Assembly: GCF_003918875.1 (NCBI RefSeq)
Contig: NW_025766002.1
Span: 7,936,001-8,000,000, forward strand
DNA from: Haliotis rubra
Lineage: Eukaryota
DNA: 64,000 nucleotides
Direction: 5' to 3'
The stretch's first letter is position 1; the number at the start of each line of letters is the position of its first letter. Below the pieces are notes generated by a model that worked only from the letters and a program-made list of their open reading frames with translations, ran no database searches and had not been told where the DNA came from. The position numbers and the translations under genes were made by a program. Below are positions 53,999-64,000 of this stretch, in pieces.

Positions 53999-54187
53999 CT
54001 TAAGAATCATGCTTCCTGGGCATTCGAATGCGTTCTTTGGAATGTGTATTTGTACCCTTTCATCCAGTTCGTAAACAACCGTACATCCATCAACTGGTAC
54101 TTCCGTCAGAGTTTCCTTCGGCCTCGTGCACAACACAAACCATCCCCGAGGACCGACAGTGATCTGAGTTGTTGCTTCCCAGCGTTG
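53999..54187 (-). CDS. ZU5-1/ZU5-2 junction exon
   Basis: gattcag| phase 0 to AAG|gtaatg phase 0; QRWEATTQITVGPRGWFVLCTRPKETLTEVPVDGCTVVYELDERVQIHIPKNAFECPGSMILK, resembling the PIDD1/DTHD1 inter-ZU5 segment. Confidence 0.85.
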
Positions 54188-54674
54188 CTGAATCAACAGA
54201 AATGTTTACAACTGAAGAAGAATTTGCTGGTAGAACAGCCAGGTGTGCGTGTTGCACGTGTGAAAATTGAAATCTCACAACATACGCTTGTTGATTACCT
54301 GGCTGTTCTACCAGCATGTGGTCCCTCGTCGGAAAAAATCGCGAAAAGTGACAACAAAGTAATGACCGTTTGTTAAACAACTTTTTTTTATTCGGGTGTC
54401 CAAAATTTATTCGGGTGTCTGAGACAAGTCATCAGAGTTGGTCTGTCGATTTCATGTGACTGTGCCAAATTTGCTTTTGAAGCGTTGATTAGATTTTGTG
54501 TTAGTGAGCAATTCATCGGTCTCAAACAGACTGTTGTCAAAAATGAAAAAAAGACAATGGAAATATTAAGAGGAATAATATTTATACGAAAGAAATATGT
54601 CATAACCTCATTTTAAGAGTTTTAATGTTCCATGGACCAGGGGAAGTGTTGACTCTGTAAAATGTTATCCTTAC

Positions 54675-55155
54675 CCGTTCTTGTATGAATACTGTGTCAA
54701 CCGGAGCTTCTTCCTGTTTATGTCCAATTGTTGCATATCTTAAAATTAGCTCAGAATACCGACCAGGTCCTTCCTCTAAATGGAACACTATTGCAAAATC
54801 AATACTGGGAGTGGATATGCACCATTCAATGAGATCTCCAAAAAATGCTTCATCCATCTTTGCAACAAGTCCGTATGGGTTATCTTCTGGCTCAGAGTAC
54901 GTTAGTCGTAAGAAGGTCTTCTCAGCACCAACTCGTTTTTGCACACCAAACCTGATGTCCACATTCCTCAGAGATGCCTCTTTGAAATTTGTTGTCTCAA
55001 TGTACGTTGTGTTCCTGCAATAGACATCTTGTTTGATATTATCACTCGCCGTGAAGGAATACCAATTGGTATCGGCCTTCTCCTTCTTATGAGTGGCTGG
55101 TGCTACCAGCAAAACAGGACACGCTGACCCTTTTAGTGAACACCTGGTGTCATCA
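54675..55155 (-). CDS. First ZU5-containing exon of module 2 (5' boundary uncertain)
   Basis: Long open frame ...DEAFFGDLIEW...YSELILRY...IQER|gtaagg (phase 0). Candidate acceptors at 55155 or 55143 (phase 2), or 55238 (which includes an in-frame TGA at 55169-55167). Confidence 0.7.
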
Positions 55156-56022
55156 CTGAATGTCAGTCATCCAAATGATATACAGTCGTAGCTGAATATT
55201 TTCTGATCTGTCAACTTGACATCCATACTTATTGAGATCTAAAGGTACAAATGGTAAGAGAGGAGATATATAGTTCGGGAGGTCATTGCTCGATGACACT
55301 GTAAATGTACATTGTGTGACGTTGCACATATGAACCAGATGCCAATCTGATTGACGTCCAAAGTGAATGAACGTGTAATGTGAAGAGTGAACGATTTGCT
55401 TTCTGTGCATATCCCAGCGTGTCAGGTTAATGCTGGTAGAAAATCAGAAATGATGCAGGTTTTAGATGTCCACCTGTATGGTGCTGACATATCTATAAGT
55501 ATACTATATATTAAAAAACCAAGATCACAGGTTTCGGGCGCACCCAGGGGACACAACTCTCTCTACATCGTAAACTACTGGGCCATCCCACTGGTTAGTG
55601 AATTCGAAGAAGATCAAAGACAATTACCAGTTTGCTGAAGCCAATGAGCTTAGGTATATCGTTCAAATGTCATTAACTGGGTGTGGTGATTCAACCTACA
55701 ATTAAGCATGTGTAAGAATGTCACCACTGAATCAGTTTCCTTGAGGAAGATCAGAAATTATTTAACTGTGTTAAAATACGTGTGTGTGTGTTTGAAAGGT
55801 AGTGTTTATAATATATAGTGGCGCTGAGCAGTAGAGCACACATAAAACGCTGCATTTTTCACACGAGGCAAATGATAAGAAACAAAATCATGTGTCGATG
55901 AAGTTAGACCAGAGCTTGTCCTCAATGTGATGGGACACATGGCATCCTTGAACCTTTTATGAACCTTTGCTATTTCTACACGCCTATCTTTCAATATTGT
56001 CGGATGTCTGCAGTTAACATAC

Positions 56023-56133
56023 CTGTAATCACCTGGTGGGGTGATCAGTCCTTGTCCTTTGAAATCGTTTACAAAAGAAGAGAGCTCTTTTGCAAATGTT
56101 TCATCATCTTCATCAGGTGTAGAAACAGCTAAC
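56023..56133 (-). CDS. Post-death-domain-1 exon (may instead run on to the stop at 55806)
   Basis: cctttcag| phase 2 completes a Trp codon; LAVSTPDEDDETFAKELSSFVNDFKGQGLITPPGDY; strong donor AG|gtatgt. Confidence 0.72.
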
Positions 56134-56852
56134 CTGAAAGGTATATAACGCTGCAAATGTGTTCACTGGTGATCATAATATGAAGTTATAAAACAGAGAA
56201 ATATCTATGATAATGTTTTGTGATGTAAAGTAAAATGTTCATCATTTCTTGTAAGGGGTGTGATGAACTTATATTATTATATAAGAGTATATTATTCTCC
56301 TGGTTTAGAGTTGAACTCGAAAACCTGAAGACATGTTACTTCCTTACTATACTGAATACTTATACCAAAGCTGCATATGAAGAAGAGAGGTTTTATGGGT
56401 GTCAACTTCTTTATTATTCTTTCTAAATGCCATTCAAAGACCTGCATATGAAATGTTGGACTTCCTAACATGATGACATCTATGTGAAATTTGGGTATAG
56501 GACATTTGGGTTGCAGGTTGGTCATTTTCAATCGTACCATATGTTCCGATGATTTTCAGGTAAATAATTGATTTTCCTTCGCATGTGTTTGTGACTAATG
56601 CCACATGTGAGGCAGGATAAGCTTACCTCTCCGCGAAAGCCGGGTATGATCTCTATTTGATAATAGTCGTGCTTACATATTGTGCAACTGTAAAATTTAC
56701 TGATTATGGAAATGGCTTTGTTTTTATGTACTTCAGCTGATATGAAGTGTTATACACTGGTCTGAAAGCCCCAAGAACAGACACGTTATGGTATAGCTGA
56801 AATATTATTCGGAATGGGATTATAATTTTACATTTCAGTCATTCATACTTAC

Positions 56853-56977
56853 CAGTGCCTGATGTTCTCAACCAGCAAGAGTTTGACGTTATTCTGTTGG
56901 ACTTTACCGAGAGCTACGACAAGTGTCTTCAAGAAGGTCGCGTTGTCCCTTTCCTTTTCACGACATTTGTCCAACAT
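56853..56977 (-). CDS. Death domain 1, C-terminal half exon (125 nt)
   Basis: atttcag| phase 0 to TG|gtaagt phase 2; MLDKCREKERDNATFLKTLVVALGKVQQNNVKLLLVENIRHW. Confidence 0.85.
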
Positions 56978-57649
56978 CTGAAATATCGTTTATCCACTTA
57001 ACCATTCAAACTGCATGGTAAAGCTTGAAGGTGTCAATGCAGCTGTCTGGGCCTCGCGGACGAAGAGGAAGACTTAGATCCGGATTAACAAATATACAGT
57101 ATTGCTGAACTATACGTAATGAAGTCAAGGAATATTATAGTAACACAGTCATGTGTGGACAATGCGTGAAGTTATTAACAAGAATACCCCTACCTGTAGT
57201 TCCAGCCCTTCAATACGTACATTGATGTAAAACGAACTTAATGGTGTTCCTGCAGATGTATCACAACTTTAGATATGTGTTGGCCATAACCAAACATATA
57301 CTGGCATAAGACATTTAACATGTGTGGGATGTAATAATGCATATCTATACTGCGCTCGTTTCCACGCTTGCCGCATGATCAAGGCGCAATGTAAACAATT
57401 ATGTATGTCAAGTAATAGTTTCAGCTGAAGTTACCATTTTGTGAGAAGAACAGGCTAAATGGGTGACCATTGAAGTTGCACTTTGTTCATGATCTGCTTA
57501 CGTAACATACAGTGTTATGTTACAGTGGTCAACAAGTTATTCAGCGAACAAGACTCATATCTTAGATGAACATATGTTGAGAATCTGAAATATACCCAGC
57601 ATAAATAGTAAAACATCTTTGCCAAAGGAAATACAAGTTGATCATTGGC

Positions 57650-58140
57650 CAGTTGTGGAAAGTTCTCACCATAAACCTACTGTATTCTGTATCTGTACAG
57701 TTGTGGAAAGTTCTCACCATAAACCTACTGTATTCTGTATCTGTACACGATGTGGAAAGTACTCCCCATAAACCTACTGTATTCTGTATCTGTACAGTTG
57801 TGGAAAGTACTCACCATAAACCTTCTGTATTCTGTATCTGTACAATTGTGGAAAGTACTCACCATAAACCTACTATATTCTGTATCTGTACAGTTGTGGA
57901 AAGTACTGACCATAAACCTACTGTATTCTGTATCTGTACACGATGTGGAAAGTACTCCCCATAAAACTACTGTATTCTTTATCTGTACAGTTGTGGAAAG
58001 TACTCACCATAAACCTACTGTATTCTGTATCTGTACAAGATGTGGAAAGTACTCACCATAAACCTACTGTATTCTGTATCTGTACAGTTGTGGAAAGTAC
58101 TCACCATAAAACCACTGTATTCTGTATCTGTACAAGATGT
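57650..58140. repeat. 48/49-bp tandem repeat (10 copies) spanning an exon-intron junction
   Basis: Unit cagttgtggaaagtactcaccataaacctactgtattctgtatctgta; the minus strand contains ATG|GTGAGT. Confidence 0.95.
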
Positions 58141-58262
58141 GTAGTCACAGATGCGTTTTATTTCATCATCACTTAAACCAAGTTCTTTAAATAACGTAAT
58201 GTCAGGTGTCATATCCTTAACAACACTGACAAAGAAGCTGTTTAGAACATGCCTTCTGTTTT
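58105..58262 (-). CDS. Death domain 1, N-terminal half exon (158 nt)
   Basis: tatttgcag| phase 1 to ATG|gtgagt phase 0; NRRHVLNSFFVSVVKDMTPDITLFKELGLSDDEIKRICDYTSCTDTEYSGFM. Confidence 0.85.
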
Positions 58263-58795
58263 CTGCAAATACAAAAATGTATATCGGCAGAGGTATAACC
58301 TTATAGTTACTTGTGCATAGTGCACCACACATTGTAAAATACATTCTGGACATATTTGAATTTTATATTATTTTAACTTCTATATAGTATTAGCTGCGCA
58401 GAAGAACCCGGAGAACCCAAACACAGATATTATGTAGAATTCTTCTGGAAAGGAAATAGTCAACTCTCTGCCAGGAATATTTCCGCAGAGTTTAAGACGA
58501 ATGCATTTCAAACACATGTGTACTTTTACTTAAAGGGTCGTCGTTTTCATTGCATAGCACCGGTGTTATATTGGCTCGTATCTGTATTATTGTTGAATGT
58601 AACGACCAACACCAAGAAACAAACATTACACAGACAAAATTAGTATCACAGCAGTGGAACACAAGTTTACATACTGTCAGTACTTTGATAGTACATAATA
58701 TAGCGTAGCAATGGTTTTGATATATAATATCCAGATGCATATTTGAAATTGTAATTAGTACGCAGCCTTGTTTCTTAGTTTGCCACAATAAATGC

Positions 58796-58854
<59 letters not shown>

Positions 58855-59424
58855 TATATATATAAATTTATATAACACTTCTTCGATACAAAGTTCTATG
58901 TGATTCAGCCAGTCATGTTGCTAACGATATTGAGTATTTCCACAGTGAAAGTTTGGATATTCACTTCTCAATATTAGTTTATTAGTTTTGAATTGCAAAG
59001 CAGTAAAACATATCCCTTGTATTGGTTTATAATTTTTGAAATGTCAAACATATTGTATGGGGCTATATCTAACAACAGTACATAATAGTTTCTGAACATA
59101 AAAGACTAGAACATAAATTCCAGTCCAAAATTCTACTTCCATTAATGCCAAAGTGAGGCCTAAAGGTAAGTTAACCGCGATGTCTATTACATCTATATAA
59201 TTACACGAATTTCCACCTACACGCTTCAACGTCATCATTAGGGAGAGATTACAGTTACAGATCTTGTGTATAAAGATACGAAGTGTAGCCGTGTACACAC
59301 ACACTCCTACTCGTTTCAACTTCATCTTCTGAGTGAGGAACACCAGGGAGAGACTGTAGTTACATAACTGTGTTGTGTTCGTATTGTGTCATTATTTGTG
59401 TCATGGATCTATTACATATCTTAC

Positions 59425-59869
59425 TGTTCATAGGCCAAGGAGCTTCAACTCTGGGAGACGCCTCAATCTCAGCTATCAGCGGAAGAGGCAGCTGCGTGAC
59501 GAGGCGAGACTTGTGATCCCCAGCTGTATAAATGTTAATGCATCCACAAAGAGATGCATCCTTGCATTGTGATACTTCAACAAGGAGGCTGCGGTAGTTC
59601 GCTTCTCTTGGCGTCCGTTCTAGATGGTCATTATATTCTCCAAGAAACTCATACTTGCCTTCTACTTGAAAACGATAGCTTTGCCTCTCTAATGAAGCAA
59701 ACTTCCCGCTCACAGCTAGAGTTACGAATGATTTTTGTTTCCAATCGTCGAGACAAAGATAGATTTCATTTGGTTCCAGGCATCCAACGATAACTTCGTA
59801 CCGATTAACTCCAATAACCTTCCCAACAACAAAGAAGGTCACAAAACAGTCAGTCATACTTGTTGTCAT
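59425..59869 (-). CDS. UPA-like domain exon (module 1), possible start codon at 59869
   Basis: FVTFFVVGKVIGVNRYEVIVGCL...WKQKSF...SGKF...YRFQVEG...VTQLPL aligns by eye with the module 2 UPA; donor A|gtaaga phase 1; acceptor ctttcag| at 59907; gccATGa context. Confidence 0.78.
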
Positions 59870-59914
59870 GGCACCGCCGCCCTTTGGTCGCCTTTACTTG
59901 TGTATGGCTGAAAG

Positions 59915-60758
59915 ATCATATAAGGATGTATCATGTAAGGATGTATCATGTAAGGATGTATCATGTAAGGATGTATCATGTAAGGATGTATCATGTAAGG
60001 ATGTATCATATAAGGATGTATCATGTAAGGATTATCATATAAGGATGTATCATATAAGGATGTATCATGTAAGGATGTATCATATAAGGATGTATCATGT
60101 AAGGATGTATCATGTAAGGATGTATCATATAAGGATATATCATATAAGGATGTATCATGTAAGGATGTATCATGTAAGGATGTATCATGTAAGGATGTAT
60201 CATGTAAGGATGTATCATATAAGGATGTATCATGTAAGGATGTATCATGTAAGGATGTATCATATAAGGATGTATCATGTAAGGATGTATCATGTAAGGA
60301 TGTATCATGTAAGGATGTATCATGTAAGGATGTATCATGTAAGGATGTATCATATAAGGATGTATCATGTAAGGATGTATCATGTAAGGATGTATCATGT
60401 AAGGATGTATCATGTAAGGATGTATCATTTAAGGATGTATCACGTAAGGATGTATCACGTAAGGATGTATCAGGTAAGGATGTATCATGTAAGGATGTAT
60501 CATGTAAGGATGTATCATGTAAGGATGTATCATGTAAGGATGTATCATCTAAGGATGTATCATGTAAGGACAGATCATATAAGGATGTATCATGTAAGGA
60601 TGTATCATGTAAGGATGTATCATATAAGGATGTATCATGTAAGGATGTATCATGTAAGGATGTATCATGTAAGGATGTATCATGTAAGGATGTATCATAT
60701 AAGGATGTATCATATAAGGATGTATCATGTAAGGATGTATCATGTAAGGATGTATCAT
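59915..60758. repeat. 15-bp minisatellite, about 56 copies
   Basis: Unit tcat(g/a)taaggatgta. Confidence 0.98.
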
Positions 60759-60961
60759 TCCTTTGTCCCTGAGTTCATGTTGACATTAATACAAACACAC
60801 AATTCGAATTACACACATATCGAATTTCGTTTCATTTTCAATACAAATGACAATAGTGGACCTAAATAAGATTGAGATTCGTCAATCGAGATTTAAGATT
60901 CATTGGTCCAGTGTGTTCTAAGAGGATCTGTTCAGTTAGTTCTCCAGACGCCACACATATA

Positions 60962-61386
60962 TACTCCCCATCAAAAGTTTACACTCGCTAGTGTAAATGT
61001 AGCCACTTACTTCAGGCAACTGTTATGAACTAGATTTTGTAAAATAATCCTTTCAGTTTAAAGGTAGTTTACACATGAACTGATGTATTGTAAAACAAAT
61101 TTGTGACGATGAAAAGTTTATTGTCATGTGTTCAATAAATGATGAAACTGTTGGAAATGGCGATTTTTTTAATCCAAACTTTACACCAAAACGCAGCTGT
61201 TCACATGCACGATATTTGCACATGCTTTTCAGCAATTTGATGCATGATCCTCGTGCAATTAATCTGCATAAGGTTTGCAGATGTTTCCCCCAAGTTAGTG
61301 GAGAAATTCATCTTCGTTGTAACCATATGTATATACATAACTTATAGTGATTGATTTAAGCGAGTCTAAACTTTTGATGGGTGGTA
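60962..61386. mobile_element. Tc1/mariner-type MITE (425 bp)
   Basis: 28-bp TIRs tac..cccatcaaaagttta.actcgct with TA on both sides. Confidence 0.85.
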
Positions 61387-61496
61387 TACTACATGACGTT
61401 AACTCATTTGAGATACAGATCCATTCTTTTTACTTGTAACTAAATTTTGCAAAATATAACACACCAACTCACGACGAAAGAGAAGACATCAGACAT

Positions 61497-61935
61497 TAAG
61501 CATTGGCTCAGGAACCATCGTACACTTTTGATAAGAACTGCATACAAGTAAGCTGCTCAGTTTCTGCAAAACCTACCTGGTAGAATGACTGCCAAACACT
61601 GTGGTACAAAATGATCGGCAATGTGACGTAAACAGACAATGAGACGACGCTCCTCTTATCAAATGCAGTATCAGAATTTGTCATACGTTTTAATCAGGCA
61701 TTTACCATTGGCACTAGCTCAGGATCCATGGTACTACATCGTACACCTTTGAAAAGAACTGCATAATGCAAAGCTACAAGTAAGCTGCTCAATTTCTGAA
61801 AATCCTACCTGTAGAATGGCTGCTAATTCACTGTGGTACACCATGTATTCGACAATGTCGCGTAAACAAACAATGAGACGACACTCCTCTGATCGAATAC
61901 AGGATCACATTTTGTAATATGGGTTAATGCATCAA
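61497..61935. repeat. Diverged two-copy tandem duplication (about 205-230 bp)
   Basis: cattggc..gctcagga..catcgtacac..aagaactgcata..caagtaagctgctca..cctacctg..cactgtggtaca..caatgagacgac occurs twice. Confidence 0.85.
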
Positions 61936-64000
61936 GGTGTCATACTTCACAACTATATAATTTAGGTTGTTGAAGTAATATATATCTCAGCATGGGGTAT
62001 ACGCGTTATGTGAGAGGGTAGAAGGTTATCTCTGCAGACAAGGAAGTTTTACATAAAGACTATTTGACCGAAGCATTGTCAGCCAACTTCTTTTAACATC
62101 AGATCATAAGCTGTGTTTGGTAGTGCGTAAGCCAGTGGAGACAGACAGTTAACTTACTAACAGCATCAAAGTGGATTCTGGCTAGAACTGCCTCCCATTT
62201 ACTTATGTGTTTTATTGATGAGTTGACTAAATGGATCGATCGATGCTCATGCTGTTGATCACTGGATTGTCTGGTCCAGACTCTATTATTTACAGATAGA
62301 TGAAATATTTCTAACTGCGGCTTTAGACAGCAACCAACCAACCAACTAAATGAGTGAGTGGGTGAGTTTAGTTTTACGCCGCACTCAGCATTATTCCACC
62401 TATTTGACGGCAGTCTGGACCAGACAATCAAGTCATGAACAGCATGAGCATCGAGCTACACAGTTGGGATACGATGACATGTGACAACCAAGTCAGCGAG
62501 CCAATTATCCATTTCTGGAACCTCTTCGATCTGAAAATATGATTTGGGAGCAGTGTCATTTTTGCTAAATTTGACGATAATTTGTGGCGATGAATAGAAA
62601 TTACATACAGGATACAGGAGTCTAGATGAATGACAACAGGTGGCTTTGTCCATTAGTCGTAAGGTTACTGCTTCGTCTGTCTTGCGGGAGTACAGATTAG
62701 ATACCATAAGTTCATCCTACATCAAGTGAGTGAGTGAGTGAGTGAGTTAAGTTTTATGCTGTGATCAGCAATATTCCAGCTATTTGGCGGCGGTCTGTAA
62801 ATAATCGAGTCTGGACCAGACAATCCAGGGATCAACAGCATGAGCATCAATCTACGCAACTGGGATGCGATGTCATGTGTCAACCAAGTCAGCGAGCCTG
62901 ACCACCCGATCCCGTTAGTCGCCTCTTACGACAAGCATGGGTTGCACGAGATCAATTCTAACCCGGATCTTCACGCGTACCAACTAAATGGATCGAGTAG
63001 ATTGACATGGTGGTTAGGTTGTTTGCGTGCCATTGAAGCCAGAATACGTAGGTGGAAACTCATAATATCAATCACTGGTATGGATAATGCAGAATCAGCT
63101 TTGTAAAGGTGGTTGATAGAACACACGTAAGTAGTGAGCGAGAGGTTTTATGCTTTTAGCAATGCTCCAGAACAGCGCGACCTCAGAAATGGGTTTCACT
63201 TATTGTACCAATGTGGGGAATCGAACCCGGGTCTTCAGTGCGACGAGATAACGCTTTAACCACATGGCTACCCCACCGCTCCACACACATAAAAACTGAC
63301 TTTGTAATCTTGAGTTTGTAGTGCATCCGTCTTACACCAGTATTATTTGTTATGTGACATCAAGTCATTTCCCAAATGAATGTATAGTTTAAATGAACTA
63401 AAAACGAGTTGAAGAAGTTTCAGTCTCTTTTAATAACTGACAAGAACCTTGAAACCCAGATCAAGTAAACAGTTTAATCATACTTCTGGTACTTCCTGTA
63501 TTTTGCGCTGCGTATTTATCAAGGGAAGTCACTTACTAAAATATCAATAGTCACACATACTATCGATGTATCAAAAGTTTTTCGTTTCTACCGTCGATTA
63601 ATTGCTATCGGAGATTCAACAATTGCAATCCATCAATAGTTCGATGAATCTTTACATCACTACACACTCACAGGCCCTCGTGTCTTTTCGAGGATTAAAG
63701 ATGTTAAGAAAAATGTAAAAATAATAGAGATGATCCCCCGTCTCGAAATGCTACACAGTACAATCCTAGTACTATATGATATGTATTGTACTGTGTAGCA
63801 TCTCTCTGTGTCTGTCTGTCTGTCTGTGTGTGTTGGGTTGAAATATTTCTACATGTCCACCATTTCATGAACAAAAATATAGTGTTGTTTTGTCTAGACA
63901 AGAATACGCTTGCTCTATTCATCATACATTACATTTCTACAATTTAATTTGTAACAAAATGAAAAATATTGTTTTGTTTCTAACATTAGAATATACTAAT

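Noticed and set aside
54090-54380. 96-aa ORF overlapping the ZU5 junction exon
   Set aside because: Different frame from the ZU5-like peptide; mostly intronic under the phase-consistent model.
59868-60869. 333-aa ORF of MYHVR repeats and antisense MIHPY ORFs
   Set aside because: Artefact of a stop-free 15-bp minisatellite.
62099-62707. ORFs 62099-62431 and 62456-62707 as upstream ZU5 exons
   Set aside because: They are mosaics of SINE B pieces, an old decayed SINE B and captured DNA inside a TSD-bounded insertion; no convincing ZU5 motif.

Overview
AT-rich, repeat-dense eukaryotic (animal) genomic DNA with spliceosomal introns and one 288-N assembly gap. It is probably a gastropod mollusc such as abalone (inferred from remembered SINE families, not verified). 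Two intron-split protein-coding loci were reconstructed by hand. (1) The 3' part of a rhodopsin-class neuropeptide GPCR on + (exons 2920-3015, 3226-3899, probably 8079-8192). (2) A previously unannotated-looking minus-strand locus (about 59907 to 45266, 14 phase-consistent exons) encoding PIDD1/DTHD1-like death-fold modules: UPA-DD followed by ZU5-ZU5(HFS)-UPA-DD-DD. It keeps one HFS autoproteolysis motif and has a GC-AG intron. Three tandem-repeat arrays in it sit exactly on splice signals (donor, branch point, acceptor). The rest is mobile DNA: a near-complete defective Tc1 (DD34E), Kolobok-, MULE-, Harbinger- and Tc1-type MITEs, three Penelope-like relics with inverted pseudo-LTRs and U3-A8 minimal hammerhead motifs, LINE fragments, and about 40 copies of three SINE-like families sharing a 3' tail. 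A fragment of the likely partner LINE for that tail is in the window. One of the families has no tRNA head and instead a conserved pseudoknot-like 5' structure, and it forms TSD-bounded chimeras carrying captured flanking DNA. No prokaryotic genes, CRISPR arrays or intact tRNA/rRNA genes were found. Repeat boundaries are approximate; exon models are manual and unvalidated.
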